Source: Octopus vulgaris (lineage: Eukaryota). Taken from it: a DNA stretch of 64,000 nt. Positions 26,369 through 38,723 of the stretch are shown here, one piece after another. Every line of letters starts with the position of its first letter. Position 1 is the stretch's first letter. The translations under genes were made by a program, and so were the position numbers. The stretch is taken from the NCBI GenBank assembly GCA_951406725.2, contig OX597817.1, positions 26,226,001-26,290,000 of the forward strand, read 5' to 3'. The notes under the pieces were generated by a model, which saw only the letters and a list, made by a program, of their open reading frames with translations, was not told where the DNA came from and searched no databases.

Positions 26369-26679
26369 GTTAAATGATGATGATGATGGTGATTATATTG
26401 CAGTGAGCTAGTCGAACTTGAGAATAAGAGAAAATTATGAAGAATTTCACACAAATTCCCTAAAGGAAGAGCTAGAAAATAATTTAGCAGACATTGCAGA
26501 AGAATGAAAATCTAGATGTTCATACATTTCCAAAACATTGGAATAACAAAATAGTTATGCCTGTTTATTCTAATTGAAAGTTGTTGATAGTTTATTGCCA
26601 ATGAGAAAATTCCTCAGAAGCCTCAAACACATGTATACACACACACACACATACACATACGCTCATGTAGACACACATA

Positions 26680-27010
26680 CATACAAACTTATGCATAAAT
26701 GCACACGCACACGCACACACACACACACACACATACACACAAACTCATGCATAAATGCACACACACACACACATACACACAAACTCATGCATAAATGCAC
26801 ACACACACACACACATACACACAAACTCATGCATAAATGCACACACATACACACAAACTCATGCATAAATGCACACACACACACACACACATACACACAA
26901 ACTCATGCATAAATGCACACACACATAAACACAAACTCATGCATAAATGAACACGCACACACACACACACATACATACACACAAACTCATGCATAAATGC
27001 ACACACACAC
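26680..27010. repeat. Minisatellite, unit aaactcatgcataaatg(ca)n(ta)cacac, about 9 copies
   Basis: A fixed 17-mer separated by variable (CA)n. Confidence 0.9.
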
Positions 27011-27103
27011 ACACAATACACACACAAACCCATGCACACACTTTCACAGGCAAACATACATAGGTACACACAAGCACACATGTGTGCATGCACATGCACG
27101 TTT

Positions 27104-27153
<50 letters not shown>

Positions 27154-27712
27154 TCTGATGCACAAACATGCTATTTCCATTTAATGCTGAATGTTAAAAT
27201 GTCAATACGGAGGTGAATTCCAAAGAATGAGCTTCAATTCTTCTTTGAAGGTATTTTCTTTTATTTACATCAGAGAGACAGTATGAAGGAAACAACACCT
27301 TTCTGTAAATGCCACACTCTGTTTACATAATACAAATGCCCTTTCAGTCATTTAAGAAAAATACAAGAATTTTATATTGAGTTTTCAAATATTTTGTAAG
27401 ATATCAACGATCCTAATGCATTTCTCCTAAATAGTCATTAACAGAATTCTATCGATCAGATGAACATTAGTTGTTTATGAGATTTATAAGCCTTTGAGTA
27501 TATTTCAACTGTTTATTTTTTGGATGAATTTTAGGACATGTGGGTCTACTATATAGGGGCTGTTTGACCTTTATAACATGGGTCATCAGTAACTATTTTT
27601 AGATTCAATTTCTGTTTTCTCTTTCTATCAGCATTGCATAGTCAGTAGTGTATTTCATTAACACTATTCTATTTCTTCTTTCATCTCTCTGTTATACACA
27701 CACAAACTCACA

Positions 27713-28271
27713 TGTAGTGACGCTATACAACAGCGCGCGCGCGCAACGCCCTTTTCTGATTCGCGCGTGTTTTCATCAACAGAAGAGGGAATATTGCTAT
27801 CGTGGAATTAGCTGATTGGCTAGGAAAAGCGACCCTTAGAAAAGAGTCAAGGGAACGCAAAAACCTTGACCATCAGCGTCCAGCAGAGAGACAGCAGAAG
27901 GCCTTTGATACCAGCAGACGTATATTTTCTCTCTGTCCGTATTTGATAGCAGTCGGCTGAAGATTTTAACCAAATTGTTGCAGACAACATCGTCTTCATT
28001 ATTCCGCGGCCATCTTTAACCCGTTCTGTTTTTAGCGGCTGAACATTGTAAATCTTACAAGCGATTAACTTTCAGCCTTGCGCGCCTAGAACCAAGGATA
28101 TCAGATATACCACTGATTTCTCACCGGTATAAAACAATAAAGTATATCTATTTTTTACGTCTGCGTTTTGTGTTTCTTTGACTGGTAGAATCTGGATATA
28201 AAAGCAACGGAAAGTGATTGCACCAACTTGCACCCCAAAAGTGCAAGAGGAGATATTCACATTTCGTTACA
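27713..28271. mobile_element. Probable solo LTR (Gypsy-like)
   Basis: Begins TGTAGTGA and ends TCGTTACA (imperfect terminal inverted repeat, TG...CA); 4-bp TSD CACA on both sides; CpG-rich relative to the flanks; tataaaa and aataaa near 28128-28141. Confidence 0.65.
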
Positions 28272-28624
28272 CACATATACATACATATATATGCACTTAA
28301 ATACTCATGCATGTATATGTATATGAGGCATTATTCAGTTTATTTCAAGATTTCTTCATAATAGAGAAAGATCCCATTTCTAACCTAGATCCAAGGCTCC
28401 TTCATTGGAATTTCAACAACAGGGTATTTTTGTACGTATGTATACATGCAGATTTGTATGTTTTGCTTTATGTATGTCTTCTCGTACATATACTTGCATA
28501 TCTAGACATGTTCATATAAACTTAGATTATAAACTTTGGAAAAGTTTTACAGATTTTGACAGTTCCACATCTGACTTGGATTTGTAGTCTTCTAATCATT
28601 TGAATCATTCGAATGTATGCATGT

Positions 28625-29070
28625 ATCATCATCATCATCATTATCGTTTAACGTCCGCTTTCCATGCCAGCATGGGTTGGATGATTTGACTGAGGTCTGG
28701 CGAACCAGATGACTGCACCAGACTCCAATCTGATCTGGCAGAGTTTCTACAGCTGGATGCCCTTCCTAACGCCAACCACTCCAAGAGTGTAGTGGGTGCT
28801 TTTATGTGCCACCGGCACAAGGGCCAGTGAGGTGTTACTGGCAGCGGCCATACTCAATGGTGCGTTTTATGTGTCACCGGCACAGGAGCCAGTCTAGCTG
28901 CACTGACAATGACCTCATTCGAATGTTTTTTCATGTGCCACTAGCACAAGTGCCAGTAAGGCGATGTAGATTACGATCATGCTCAAATGCTGCTTTTCTA
29001 CTTGCCATCAGTATGGAGGCCAGCTTCTTTCTCTGGTAACAATCACACTCGTATGGTACTCTTAGCATGT
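28625..29070 (-). mobile_element. Family D LINE 3' UTR remnant with internal tandem repeats
   Basis: (CAT)n plus conserved terminus, followed by several tgtgccac..gcac..g.gccagt units. Confidence 0.8.
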
Positions 29071-29472
29071 ATGTATGTATGTATGTATGTATGTCTCATG
29101 CAGGTCTAGTGAGCCACTAGAGAAACCATGTACAAAGACCTGTTACATACTACAGTGACTTCCTTGCTGGGGCTAACCTCAAATGTTTTGCCTGCAAGTA
29201 AATGTGTATAAATCCCTCAGGATTATTTAAGGTATTAGGGTACACGGAGAAAATCACCAGGATAATATGGAACAACTAAGAAGTTAGGAGAATTTGTATG
29301 AATGCTTTTGGTCATTGAAACCTTCTGGTGAATTCTCACCTGAAGATTGATGTAAAACCTCAGTCAAAAGATAAAAAATTCATTTCCAGTAAAGTATACA
29401 TACCTACATGCATATGTGTGTGTGTGTGTGTATGTATGCATATACATATATATCTATCTATCTCTCTCTCTA

Positions 29473-29557
<85 letters not shown>

Positions 29558-29571
29558 AGATTGATAAGGCC

Positions 29572-29644
29572 GGTCTATGGGATTACCCTGGGTTTCACAT
29601 CCATAAGGCTCTCAGCTTCACAGCATATCACCAGACCCTAAACC
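29572..29644 (-). ncRNA. Degenerate type-I hammerhead ribozyme-like motif downstream of a Penelope ORF
   Basis: - strand: ggtttagggt-CTGGTGA-[31-nt imperfect stem II]-GAAA-cccaggg-TA-atcc(ca)tagacc. Stem I is 10 bp with a 2-nt bulge, stem III is quasi-palindromic, the triplet is GUA, and the core has A6->G. Confidence 0.55.
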
Positions 29645-29959
29645 TGTTGGCCTATGTTTTCTCTAGAAAGTGGCCCCTCTAGAAAATGGAGGAGGAAAAG
29701 ACTTTGTTACTCTGTCAACAACAGGGGATTTGGCAGTTATTGATGATTGACCCTGTTAGTGTGTGAATCCCAGGACACCAGCAGGCATTTTCTGAAGTGC
29801 AAGCAGGGTCGGAAGATTTCCATTCTGGAGTTAAGGATGTTCCCCAGATCAAAGAAGTCTTTTAATACCTTTGCTTGACTACACACAGCTTAGTGTAGTG
29901 GACAGAATGGGGTCCAAAAATGTGGCCAAAGGCTAGCTGTTATCTTCTACGTTTGTGTG

Positions 29960-31500
29960 TATGTATATATAATAGAGAGGAGAGGAATTTCACTCGAGTG
30001 TATGCTACAATATTATGTGTAGAATTCCATTGTCCTTAAGCTGCTATACATGGCTGACTAATAACATAGCATATCTCCTTTCCAGTATCCTGAAAGAGGG
30101 TTTGTGGTTAGAGAGGCATTGCTTAAAAGTGTTACTAGAGCATCTGATGTATCTCCATGTATGGGTGTTGGCAATGTTGTATCTGCCGGTGTTGATGCTG
30201 CTGCTTTCACTGTTGTTGGTATTGGTGGTGTTGGTGTTGGTGTTGTTGAAGGTGGCAATAGTATTGGTGCTGTTATTACTGGAATAGGGGACATCGACGA
30301 TGATGGCACTGTTGTTGGTGTTATGGTCATCGTCGTTGGTGTTGTTGGAGCTGTTGCCAGCGCTATCATAGTGGGTGGTGCTGCCCTTGCTGGTATAGTT
30401 ATCACTGGCGATGGTGCTGCCACCATTTTTGCTAGGGAAACTGCTATTGCTGTCATTGATGTTGTTATCACTGGCAATGGTGCTGCCATTAATTCTGTTC
30501 ATGTTTCTGCTGCTGCTATGGGTGCTGTCATCCATGGTGCTATAGTAGTCATTGCAGAAGCTGCTGATGGTGCTGCTGCTGCTGCTACTAGGGTAGGCTA
30601 GCACCTTAGCTTCATAAACGACTCCCTTGGTTTTGCAATGACCTCCCACTGGGCATCTGTTGTAGTCCCTGCATGAATATCCATTCCACCTCCACTCGTG
30701 GCCTAGGGGTTGTTAACTAGAATGTTCTTAATATTGGGGCACAGCTAAATGAGAACCTCAGGTTGTGTCTGTTAAAAATGCTTCTATACATATGTGAATG
30801 TGTGAAGTGTTTATTTTTTATCTTTAGGAATATCATGCTTACACACGTTAAGGGGAAAACCATATATTTTTGTGGTGCTTCCTTCTGCAGGTATTAGAGC
30901 CTGGCATGTAGGAGATGTGGTCCCTAAATCTGCTAGCAGCTAGTACCTCATTATAGTAGGAATTTACAAAAAAAATAAAAGACAAAGACGAGTGTGTAAA
31001 CAACAAACAGATGTGCCTCATTATAGTAGTCGGCTGCTGCATCAAAAATCTCTTGGCTAGAGGAAAGGTTCGTGATCCTCTTGCTAACAGCCTTCATCAG
31101 GTTTTTGAACGCAGTTGGTGGGTTCTAGGAGGCTATTTTGATGTACATCAGTCTCTCATTTGGCATGTGGTAAGGCCTGTATGTACTGGAGCCGAAATTG
31201 AGTGTGACATCTAAAAAGTCTGCAATGGTGAGATTGGTCTCGATAATAATTTTGAGTCCCACAGAGCCAAGGGTGCAAATTAGATCTTTCCTAAGCCTAT
31301 CTAGGGTGTGTCCATTGGCTCCTCTAGAGATGGCCAGGGTGTCATCTCTGTAGTGACTAAAGAGGACAGAGGGAAACTTCTTAAGAGCATTGAGGATATA
31401 AATCCTGATGAGGTCACATACATCAGCACCGTTGTAGGCCCTCATCACTAGATCAAAGGAGCCTACAGAGTCAGATTGCTTGACCCATGTAAATAACAAC
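29960..31500 (-). mobile_element. Penelope-like element relic (RT plus GIY-YIG endonuclease)
   Basis: ORF 31125-31499 has MRAYNGADVCDLI...YRDDTLAI...DFLDVTLNF..STYRPYHMPNERLMYI (PLE RT and thumb). ORF 30044-30649 has GGHCKTKGVVYEAKV...RYIRCSSNTFKQCLSNHKPSF (GIY-YIG). Frameshifted. Confidence 0.85.
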
Positions 31501-33662
31501 AGAGAGATTGTGGTTCACTATGGCTGTTTCAACTGTGTTTTTTATTGATGAACAGAAGTGTTGCATCATGCAAAAGAAACTGTTTCCATCAGTTGAATAC
31601 ATGTAGGAATTAAACATTTTGAGCATCTCAAGAACAAGAACATAGTGCCATATGATTCTATTGACTCAAATTTGATGCCCTTCCTAATGCCAACCACCTC
31701 ACACAGTGAACTGAGTGCTTTACTGGAATTTTGTTTTTCTAAATGAAAATGAATTGAAAATACACACGTGCAATAAAACAGGCAATTTTCAATTCCAGTC
31801 ATGATTACAAAATAGATTAAAATCTTCACATAAACTTTAGTGCATCGTCTAGTCATCGTCGAAGGAAACACTTTTTGTGGAAGATATCATGGGTTCAGAG
31901 AACTAAGACTGCAAGAGCCTTCTCTGACAAGACAACAGTATTCATTACATGCAAGAAGTGTAACTGAAGGGAAATTGCTTAACTAGGAATAAAACTTATG
32001 TGACAGAGAAGGCTTATTTACCACTATGTTACCATGTTCACAATGTACGAATGTGCTGGGTATTTAAGGACAATAGAATTTTTCTTTATTTTTTTTTTCT
32101 TTTATTGTATTAACTGGTCTCAAGATTAATTTTAAACTGAAGTTTTGAGATGAATTATTCCCGAAATGTATTCCTGTTGAAGGAGGATGAAAAATATGAA
32201 AATTTAAAGAGATTAACAGCAAACCATTAAGAAACAGTGTTGCCATAATAAAAGGAGAAATGATATATAACTCACAGAATGCCAGAGATTTTATAATGAA
32301 TAAAAGAACCTTATATAACCTCACAAATATATTTATGAAGTAATAAGTCATGAATTATAGCGAGATGTAGCATTGATTTGTCAATGCCGTATTTACATTT
32401 CAATCCCAATAAGAAGTTATATATAAATCTCTATAAAAGTTTCTATGTCTGTGTATATGTGTGTGTTTGTGTGTATGTGATATATATGCAATTGTGAGTC
32501 CATGCTTGCAAGTTTTAATAAGTTTGTATAAGTGAATGGGAATATTTTTGCTCATGTAAATTCATACGTGTGCCAGTTTGAGCTGCTATACAAATAGATG
32601 TATTATTTATGTACATATGAGTGTATGTATGACAGATTGTTTATGAAATTATTTATATATGTACATGTATCTGTATAATCATTGTATAAGTCTGTGTGTG
32701 TAAATATATGTAGATAAAAATATATAAGAGAGATGCAGAAGTCCATCTCACAAAGTAAAATAAAAAGAGTCAAGCCATAAATATTGTTATGTTTACAGTC
32801 TTCTAAATAATTGTTTATTCTTATTATTGATATGTATGCTTGCACAATAATTGTGGGGTAGGAATGAAACTTGCTTACCATTTCCAGTTCGAGATTAATT
32901 TTTTGGTGTGCTGCTTGGTTAAGATTGGTGAACCACAATACACAGTCATAACAGATACAGGAAGATTTGAACTCCTTCACAATTGTACACTTATTTAATT
33001 ATTCTAAACAAAACAAATAAGTAATTTGCAACTCTACTTATCAGTAGACAATTATAAGACATAATCTAATAAACACTTAGATCTTGATAACTATGAAGTA
33101 GAAGATACTTCGTAGCAAATACAAATTAACTCAAGATTGCTCAACGATGATACTGAGGCTAAATTAGTTAAGATAAAATCCTTTGTATTGTGTGACATAA
33201 TTGCAAATATGAAAATAAAAGACATCCTGTATCCTAAGACAATTCAAAATTGTCTATTTGAAGATTTAAAATATGCAGTCAAGAAAATAACTAAACGTAA
33301 AGAATCACACATTATCTAAGACTGGTTCAAATTCTTTAGCCTGAAGCAAAAAGCAAGGAGACCTAGATAATAAATTCCTGCTAAATCTCAACATATGAAT
33401 TCGTTTTTTAAATTTGCTGCAATAAAAAAGAATCAGCCAGAGTTAGTGCTTGTAAAATTGTGCCCAGACAAGTGCTTTTGAATCTAATAAAGACTTATGT
33501 TACACTACTAGCAAGGAATGAAGCCAGTTTAAACATTGCAATAATTACCGTTAATTACATTCTTCTAGGTTTTTCATATAAGTAGAAATGTTTTAATTGT
33601 AATATAATTCGGCTCTTTCAGTCAAAAACCCCAGTATAGGAATAAGATTTTTCCCTAATATT

Positions 33663-34058
33663 GTAGCTTGTTTACCAACCACATGGTTCCGAGTTCAGTC
33701 CCACTGTGTGGCATCTTGGGCAAGTGTCTTCTACTATAGCCTCGGGTCGACCAAAGCCTTGTGAGTGGATTTGGTAGATGGAAACTGTAAGAAGCCCGTC
33801 GTATACATGTATATATATATACATGTGTGCGTGTATGTATGTGTGTCTATGTTTGTTCCCCTAGCATTGCTTGACAACCGATGCTGGTGTGTTAATGTCC
33901 CCGTCACTTAGCGGTTTGGCAAAAGAGACTGATAGAGTAAGTACTGGGCTTACAAAGAATAAGTCCTGGGGTCGAGTTGCTCGACTAAAGGCAGTGCTCC
34001 AGCATGGCCGCAGTCAAATGACTGAAACAAGTAAAAAGAGTAAAAAAAAAAAAAAGTA
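33663..34058 (+). mobile_element. SINE family B (slightly 5' truncated)
   Basis: Colinear with family B. Confidence 0.9.
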
Positions 34059-34094
34059 AAGATACAAGTTCGAAATAGTTTCATTGTCATTGTT

Positions 34095-34330
34095 GTTATC
34101 ATCATCTTCATCTAATGTCCATCTTCCATGCTGGTATGGGTTGGATGGTTTGACAGGAGCTAGGCAAGCTGAAGAGCTGTACCAGAACCATTGTCCACTT
34201 TGGCATGGTTTCTACAGCTATAGATGCCCTTCCATATGCCAACATCTTTACAGAGTATATTGGGTGCATTTTTGTGACACCAGCACTGGTGCGTTTTACA
34301 TGGTTCCAAAACCAGTGGGGTCACCAAGTA
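34095..34330 (-). mobile_element. Family D LINE 3' UTR remnant (older)
   Basis: ttccatgctggtatgggttggatggtttgacagg...tttctacagct.gatgcccttcc. Confidence 0.65.
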
Positions 34331-34549
34331 ACTTGCAAGATGAAGACCTCTCAGCTGGGGGAGGTAGTAGAACTGAGGGAGGTGGTATTGTGCCCGTTCA
34401 GAGGGATGGAAGTAAATGCCTTACTTTAGAGGAGATACTTGACTATCCCAGTAAGAAAGGAAAAGAGAGGAAGGAGAGATAGATTTAGAGAGAAAGACAG
34501 AGACAGACAGTGAAAATGAGAGTAGGAAAAAAAGATGGTGGAACTGTGT

Positions 34550-34961
34550 ACGAGCTGGCAAAAAGGTTAGCACGCTGGGTGAAATGCTTAGCGGTATTTC
34601 GTCTGCCGTTACGTTGTGAGTTCAAATTCTGCCAAGGTCGACTTTGCCTTTCATCCTTTCGGGGTCAATAAATTAAGTACCAGTTACGCACTGGGGTCGA
34701 TGTAATCGACTTAATACCTATGTCTGTCCTTATTTGTACCCTCTATGTTTAGCCCCTTGTGGGTAATAAAGAAATAGGTATTTCGTCTGTCGCTACGTTC
34801 TGAGTTCAAATTCCACCAAGGTCGACTTTGCCTTTCATTTTTTTTTGGTCGATTAAATAAGTACCAGTTATGCACTGGAGTCAATATAATCGACTTAATC
34901 TGTTTATCTGTCCTTGTTTGTCCTTTCTGTGTTTAGCCCCTAGTGGGTAGTAAATAAATAG
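34550..34961 (+). mobile_element. SINE family A, tandem dimer
   Basis: Same dimer junction (aaagaaata|ggtatttcgtctg) as 22333-22706. Confidence 0.88.
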
Positions 34962-35149
34962 GTATAAGTGGTACAGAAGGAATAGAGACGAAATGTTCCA
35001 TAAGAGTGTGAAGGCAAATGTTTAGAGATGGGGAAGAGGTGAATGTACCAAGTGAGTGTGAGTAAATTAGAATGGCTTGGCAGCAGGTGTGAGGAAATGC
35101 AGAGCGAGCAGATTGGCATGTGAGGGAGAGTGGAGGAGCCTGCAGTGGG

Positions 35150-36340
35150 TGGTGAACTTTGCTGGTGTGGCTGGATGTACGGATGGCCACAATTTTACTT
35201 AGCTTGATGTGTCTTCTCAAGCACAGCAAAATACCTGAAATCTTATTCCCTTGCTGTTTCCTCTGTGAGGCTCATCATCTGCAGATCATATCTCACCACT
35301 TCATCCCACTTCCTTCTGGGTCAACCTCTCCAACAGGTTCTCTCTGCAGTTAGAGATTAGCACTTCTATATACAGCTGTCATTATTCACATGCATCACAT
35401 GACGATACCAGTACATTCTCCTCTCTTGTACACTATATCTGATGCCTCTTATGCCTAATTTTTCTCTTAAAACATTTACACTTTGTCATACAGGCACACT
35501 GACATTATATATCCAGTGGAGCACGCTGGCTTCATTTCTTTCAAGCTTTTACATATCTTCTGCAATCACAGTCCATGTTTCAATATCATGTAGCATAGCT
35601 GTCCATTCATAGCCATCATACAATCTACCTTTCACTCTGAGGCAGAGGCCCTTTTTACCAGCCAGTTCTTACTCCAGTAACTATGTATTCAAAGCTTCCT
35701 ACAACATTGCTAACTTGGTCACCTAGGTAATGGAAGCTATCTTACTACTTTTAAAGATTCCCTAGGGCACTTGAGAAAGAGTATTTCCTGTACTTTCTTA
35801 GTGTTTATTTTACCTGTACACCTGCCACATACATAGACTACCTTCTCTGTTAACCCTCCTGTGATACTGCTGCACCACTTATGTGTCCCTAGCTTACACT
35901 GAGTACACCATATGGAATTTCGACTTATACATTTCCCTGAAGGGACTAGTGACTTATCTGCCCTCCTACTAACAAGGACTTTGGTCTTTGCTAAACTAAC
36001 TGCGAGGCCCTTTGGTTCCAGAAATTGCTTCCACACCTAACATTTCTTCTCTAATTCTTGTAGAGATTCAGCTATCAGAACAGGATCATCAGCATGGAAA
36101 AGATCCCAAGGGCAACCAGCCTTAAATTTCTCTGTTATGGCTTGGAGGATTATGATAAACAAGAAGGGACTGAGAACTGGTCCTACTTGTACTCTAAATT
36201 CGTTGCTATACCTATTACTGACTTTCACTTTACTGACAGCATCCCCAGTACATGGATTGTAGGGCACTCACCAACTATTCATCTAACCCTAGTTTTCATA
36301 TTGATCACCAAGTAAAGGAGCAGGGGACCCTGTCAAAGGC
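35150..36340 (-). mobile_element. RTE-like LINE ORF2 relic (RT, Cys-rich insert, C-terminus) running into its 3' UTR
   Basis: ORFs 36037-36267 (FRVQVGPVLSPFLFIIILQAITEKF..GCPWDLFHADDPVLIAES) and 35737-36036 (GLAVSLAKTKVLVS...NSIWCTQCK..THKWCS). Confidence 0.85.
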
Positions 36341-36521
36341 AAATGAATATTTGTACAGCATTCACTATCACCCTGACATATCTCTTAACAAATTTATTTT
36401 TAATCATCAAACATAATGACATGATCTAACTTGTAATAATGGTTCAAAATTACAATAATTGTTAGTACAGTAGTTTTGTTTGGCATAAGTCAATGATAAA
36501 TCATTTCATCTTTTTATGGTT

Positions 36522-36706
36522 GCAGGTGGCACATAAAAAGCACCCACTACACTCACGGAGTGGTTGGCGTTAGGAAGGGCATCCAGCTGTAGAAACACTG
36601 CCAGATCAGACTGGAGCCTGGTGCAGCCTTCTGGCTTCCTAGATCCCCGGTCGAACGTCCAACCCATGCTAGCATGGAGAACGGACGTTAAACGATGATG
36701 ATGATG
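36522..36706 (+). mobile_element. Family D LINE 3' terminus with (ATG)n tail
   Basis: ggtggcacataaaaagcacccactacac...gaacggacgttaaacgatgatgatg. Confidence 0.85.
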
Positions 36707-37816
36707 AATATACAGTGTAACTTCGATTCAATCTGTGCAGACATTCTGAAACATGTAAAGTTTCTATGTTTCTAAGTGCTAACCATCAATAGAATTATAT
36801 AGTGCGGACATTTAAACATCAAATACAATCAAAAGTGAAATTTATTCTGTGCACCCAGTTCCAGTACACATAAACAATACTAAGAATGAACTTCAAACTC
36901 TAAAAATGACAGAAATTGTTACTTCATGTCCAAAAGAAGATTTCAACATACACTACTAATTGTTTGAATGTAAAATAAAGATGGTATATTAAGAATGTGC
37001 ACTGATTACAAAATACATTTAAATGTCAAGATTTAAACTTTTTCTCTTCCAACTACCAATCTTGAAGCTATGTTCACTGATATGCAAACTGCAAAATCGT
37101 TTTTCTCAGTTAATTTCAAGAATTCATATTTCTAGATTGATTTGAATGAGAAAAAAAACCCCAAGAGATTGCATGCAATAAATACAAGCAGTGTCTAATA
37201 TGATGTCTAATCGATAGACATCATATTAGTTTCCCAATGAGCAGCTCTATTTTCTAGCGTAGTCAGAAGGTAATAATGAAGGTAATTGTTGGTGTAATTA
37301 TCTATCAGAATGATATATTCGTCTTTGCAGCAACCCAAGATGAATAAAAGATTCAAGAAAATGCAGTAATCATTTGAATGAAATGGACAAAATAACAATT
37401 AATCGAAATGAAGGCCATAATCATGTACTTGTTTAAGTATTCTAGGAATCAATATTTTAACAGAGAGTACCAAACTATCATAAATTCTTTTAGATAAGAT
37501 TCAATGGTTTAGAGTTTCTAACTTGAAGGAAGGAACCATGGTATATTTGAAGTTAATAAACAGTTATCATCAGCTGATATCAAAATTTGCAAACAGAGTT
37601 GAGCCTACACTTTTAACAAAAAGGGATGTTTTACTCAGAGGAAGAAGAAAGAAAATGTTTCTTAGACAAGGTATGACCTGACCTTTGCAACATTCATTCA
37701 CATATGTGACACACCTGAATTTTCAGTAGTAGGAATATTGTCCCAGGTAGAAAGTCCAAAGCATGTATTGGTCATACACTTGATAGTTCTAAGGTAAATT
37801 TTAACAATATTTAACA

Positions 37817-38222
37817 TAGGCGTAGGAGTGGTTATGTGGTAATTAGCTTGCTTACGAACCACATGGTCCTGGGTTCAGTCCCACTGCATGGCACCTTGGG
37901 CAAGTGTCTTCTACTGTAGCCTTGGGCCGACCAAAGCCTTGTGAGTGGATTTGGTAGACGAAAACTGAAAGGAGCCCATCGTATATATGTATATATATAT
38001 GTGTGTATATGTGTTTGTGTGTCTGTGTTTGTCCCGTCAACATCGCTTGACAACCGATGCTGGTGTGTTTACATCCCCATAACTTAGCATTTCGGCAAAA
38101 GAGACAGATAGACTAAGTATTAGGCTTACAAAGAATAAGTCCTGGAGTCGATTTGCTCGACTAAAGGTGGTGCTCCAGCATGGCCACAGTCAAATAACTG
38201 AAACAAGTATGAGTAAGAGTAA
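37817..38222 (+). mobile_element. SINE family B
   Basis: Full-length copy. Confidence 0.9.
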
Positions 38223-38723
38223 TATTGAAAGTATGGTGTGTTGAAAGATTGAAATGTTTTCTTTGAGAAAAATCTTTCACTCAGGATACTGATCATCAGC
38301 CATTGCAATTCGGTTTTCAAAGTATCTTGATGTCTCCAGGTGAGTTTCACAGTAAATTATTTGGTGGATCCTCATATTATTGCAATATGAGCTCCAAAAT
38401 ATTTGCAGGTTTAGAAAACCATCAGTGATGTTGATGTTCTTACTAAATTGAAGTATGATACACATTAGATTCTCAGTGTGTTGAAAACATCAAAAAATCT
38501 TTTCAACACATGCATCTTTAAGTATTATTGCTAAAAAAAAAATGATTTAGACCAATTCTTTTAGATTAGCAGTTTGCCTCATACATTCTGAAATAATTGA
38601 AGAGATTGACATTATCTTTTCTTAAAACAAGCTATTCATTACGGAAAGCTTTTGCAAAATTTCTTTACACTCTCTGTGACATATACACGTAGTTGCACAG
38701 CAATCACTGAAGAAAGTAAATAC

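Noticed and set aside
26680-27010. CRISPR-like repeat array
   Set aside because: Eukaryotic context, the spacers are (CA)n rather than unique sequence, and there are no cas genes.
30058-30601. Mucin-like and Gly/Val/Ala-rich ORFs
   Set aside because: Alternative frames of the low-complexity insert in the Penelope relic.
38283-38700. Possible hAT-like transposase fragment on the - strand
   Set aside because: Similarity is too vague to support by eye.
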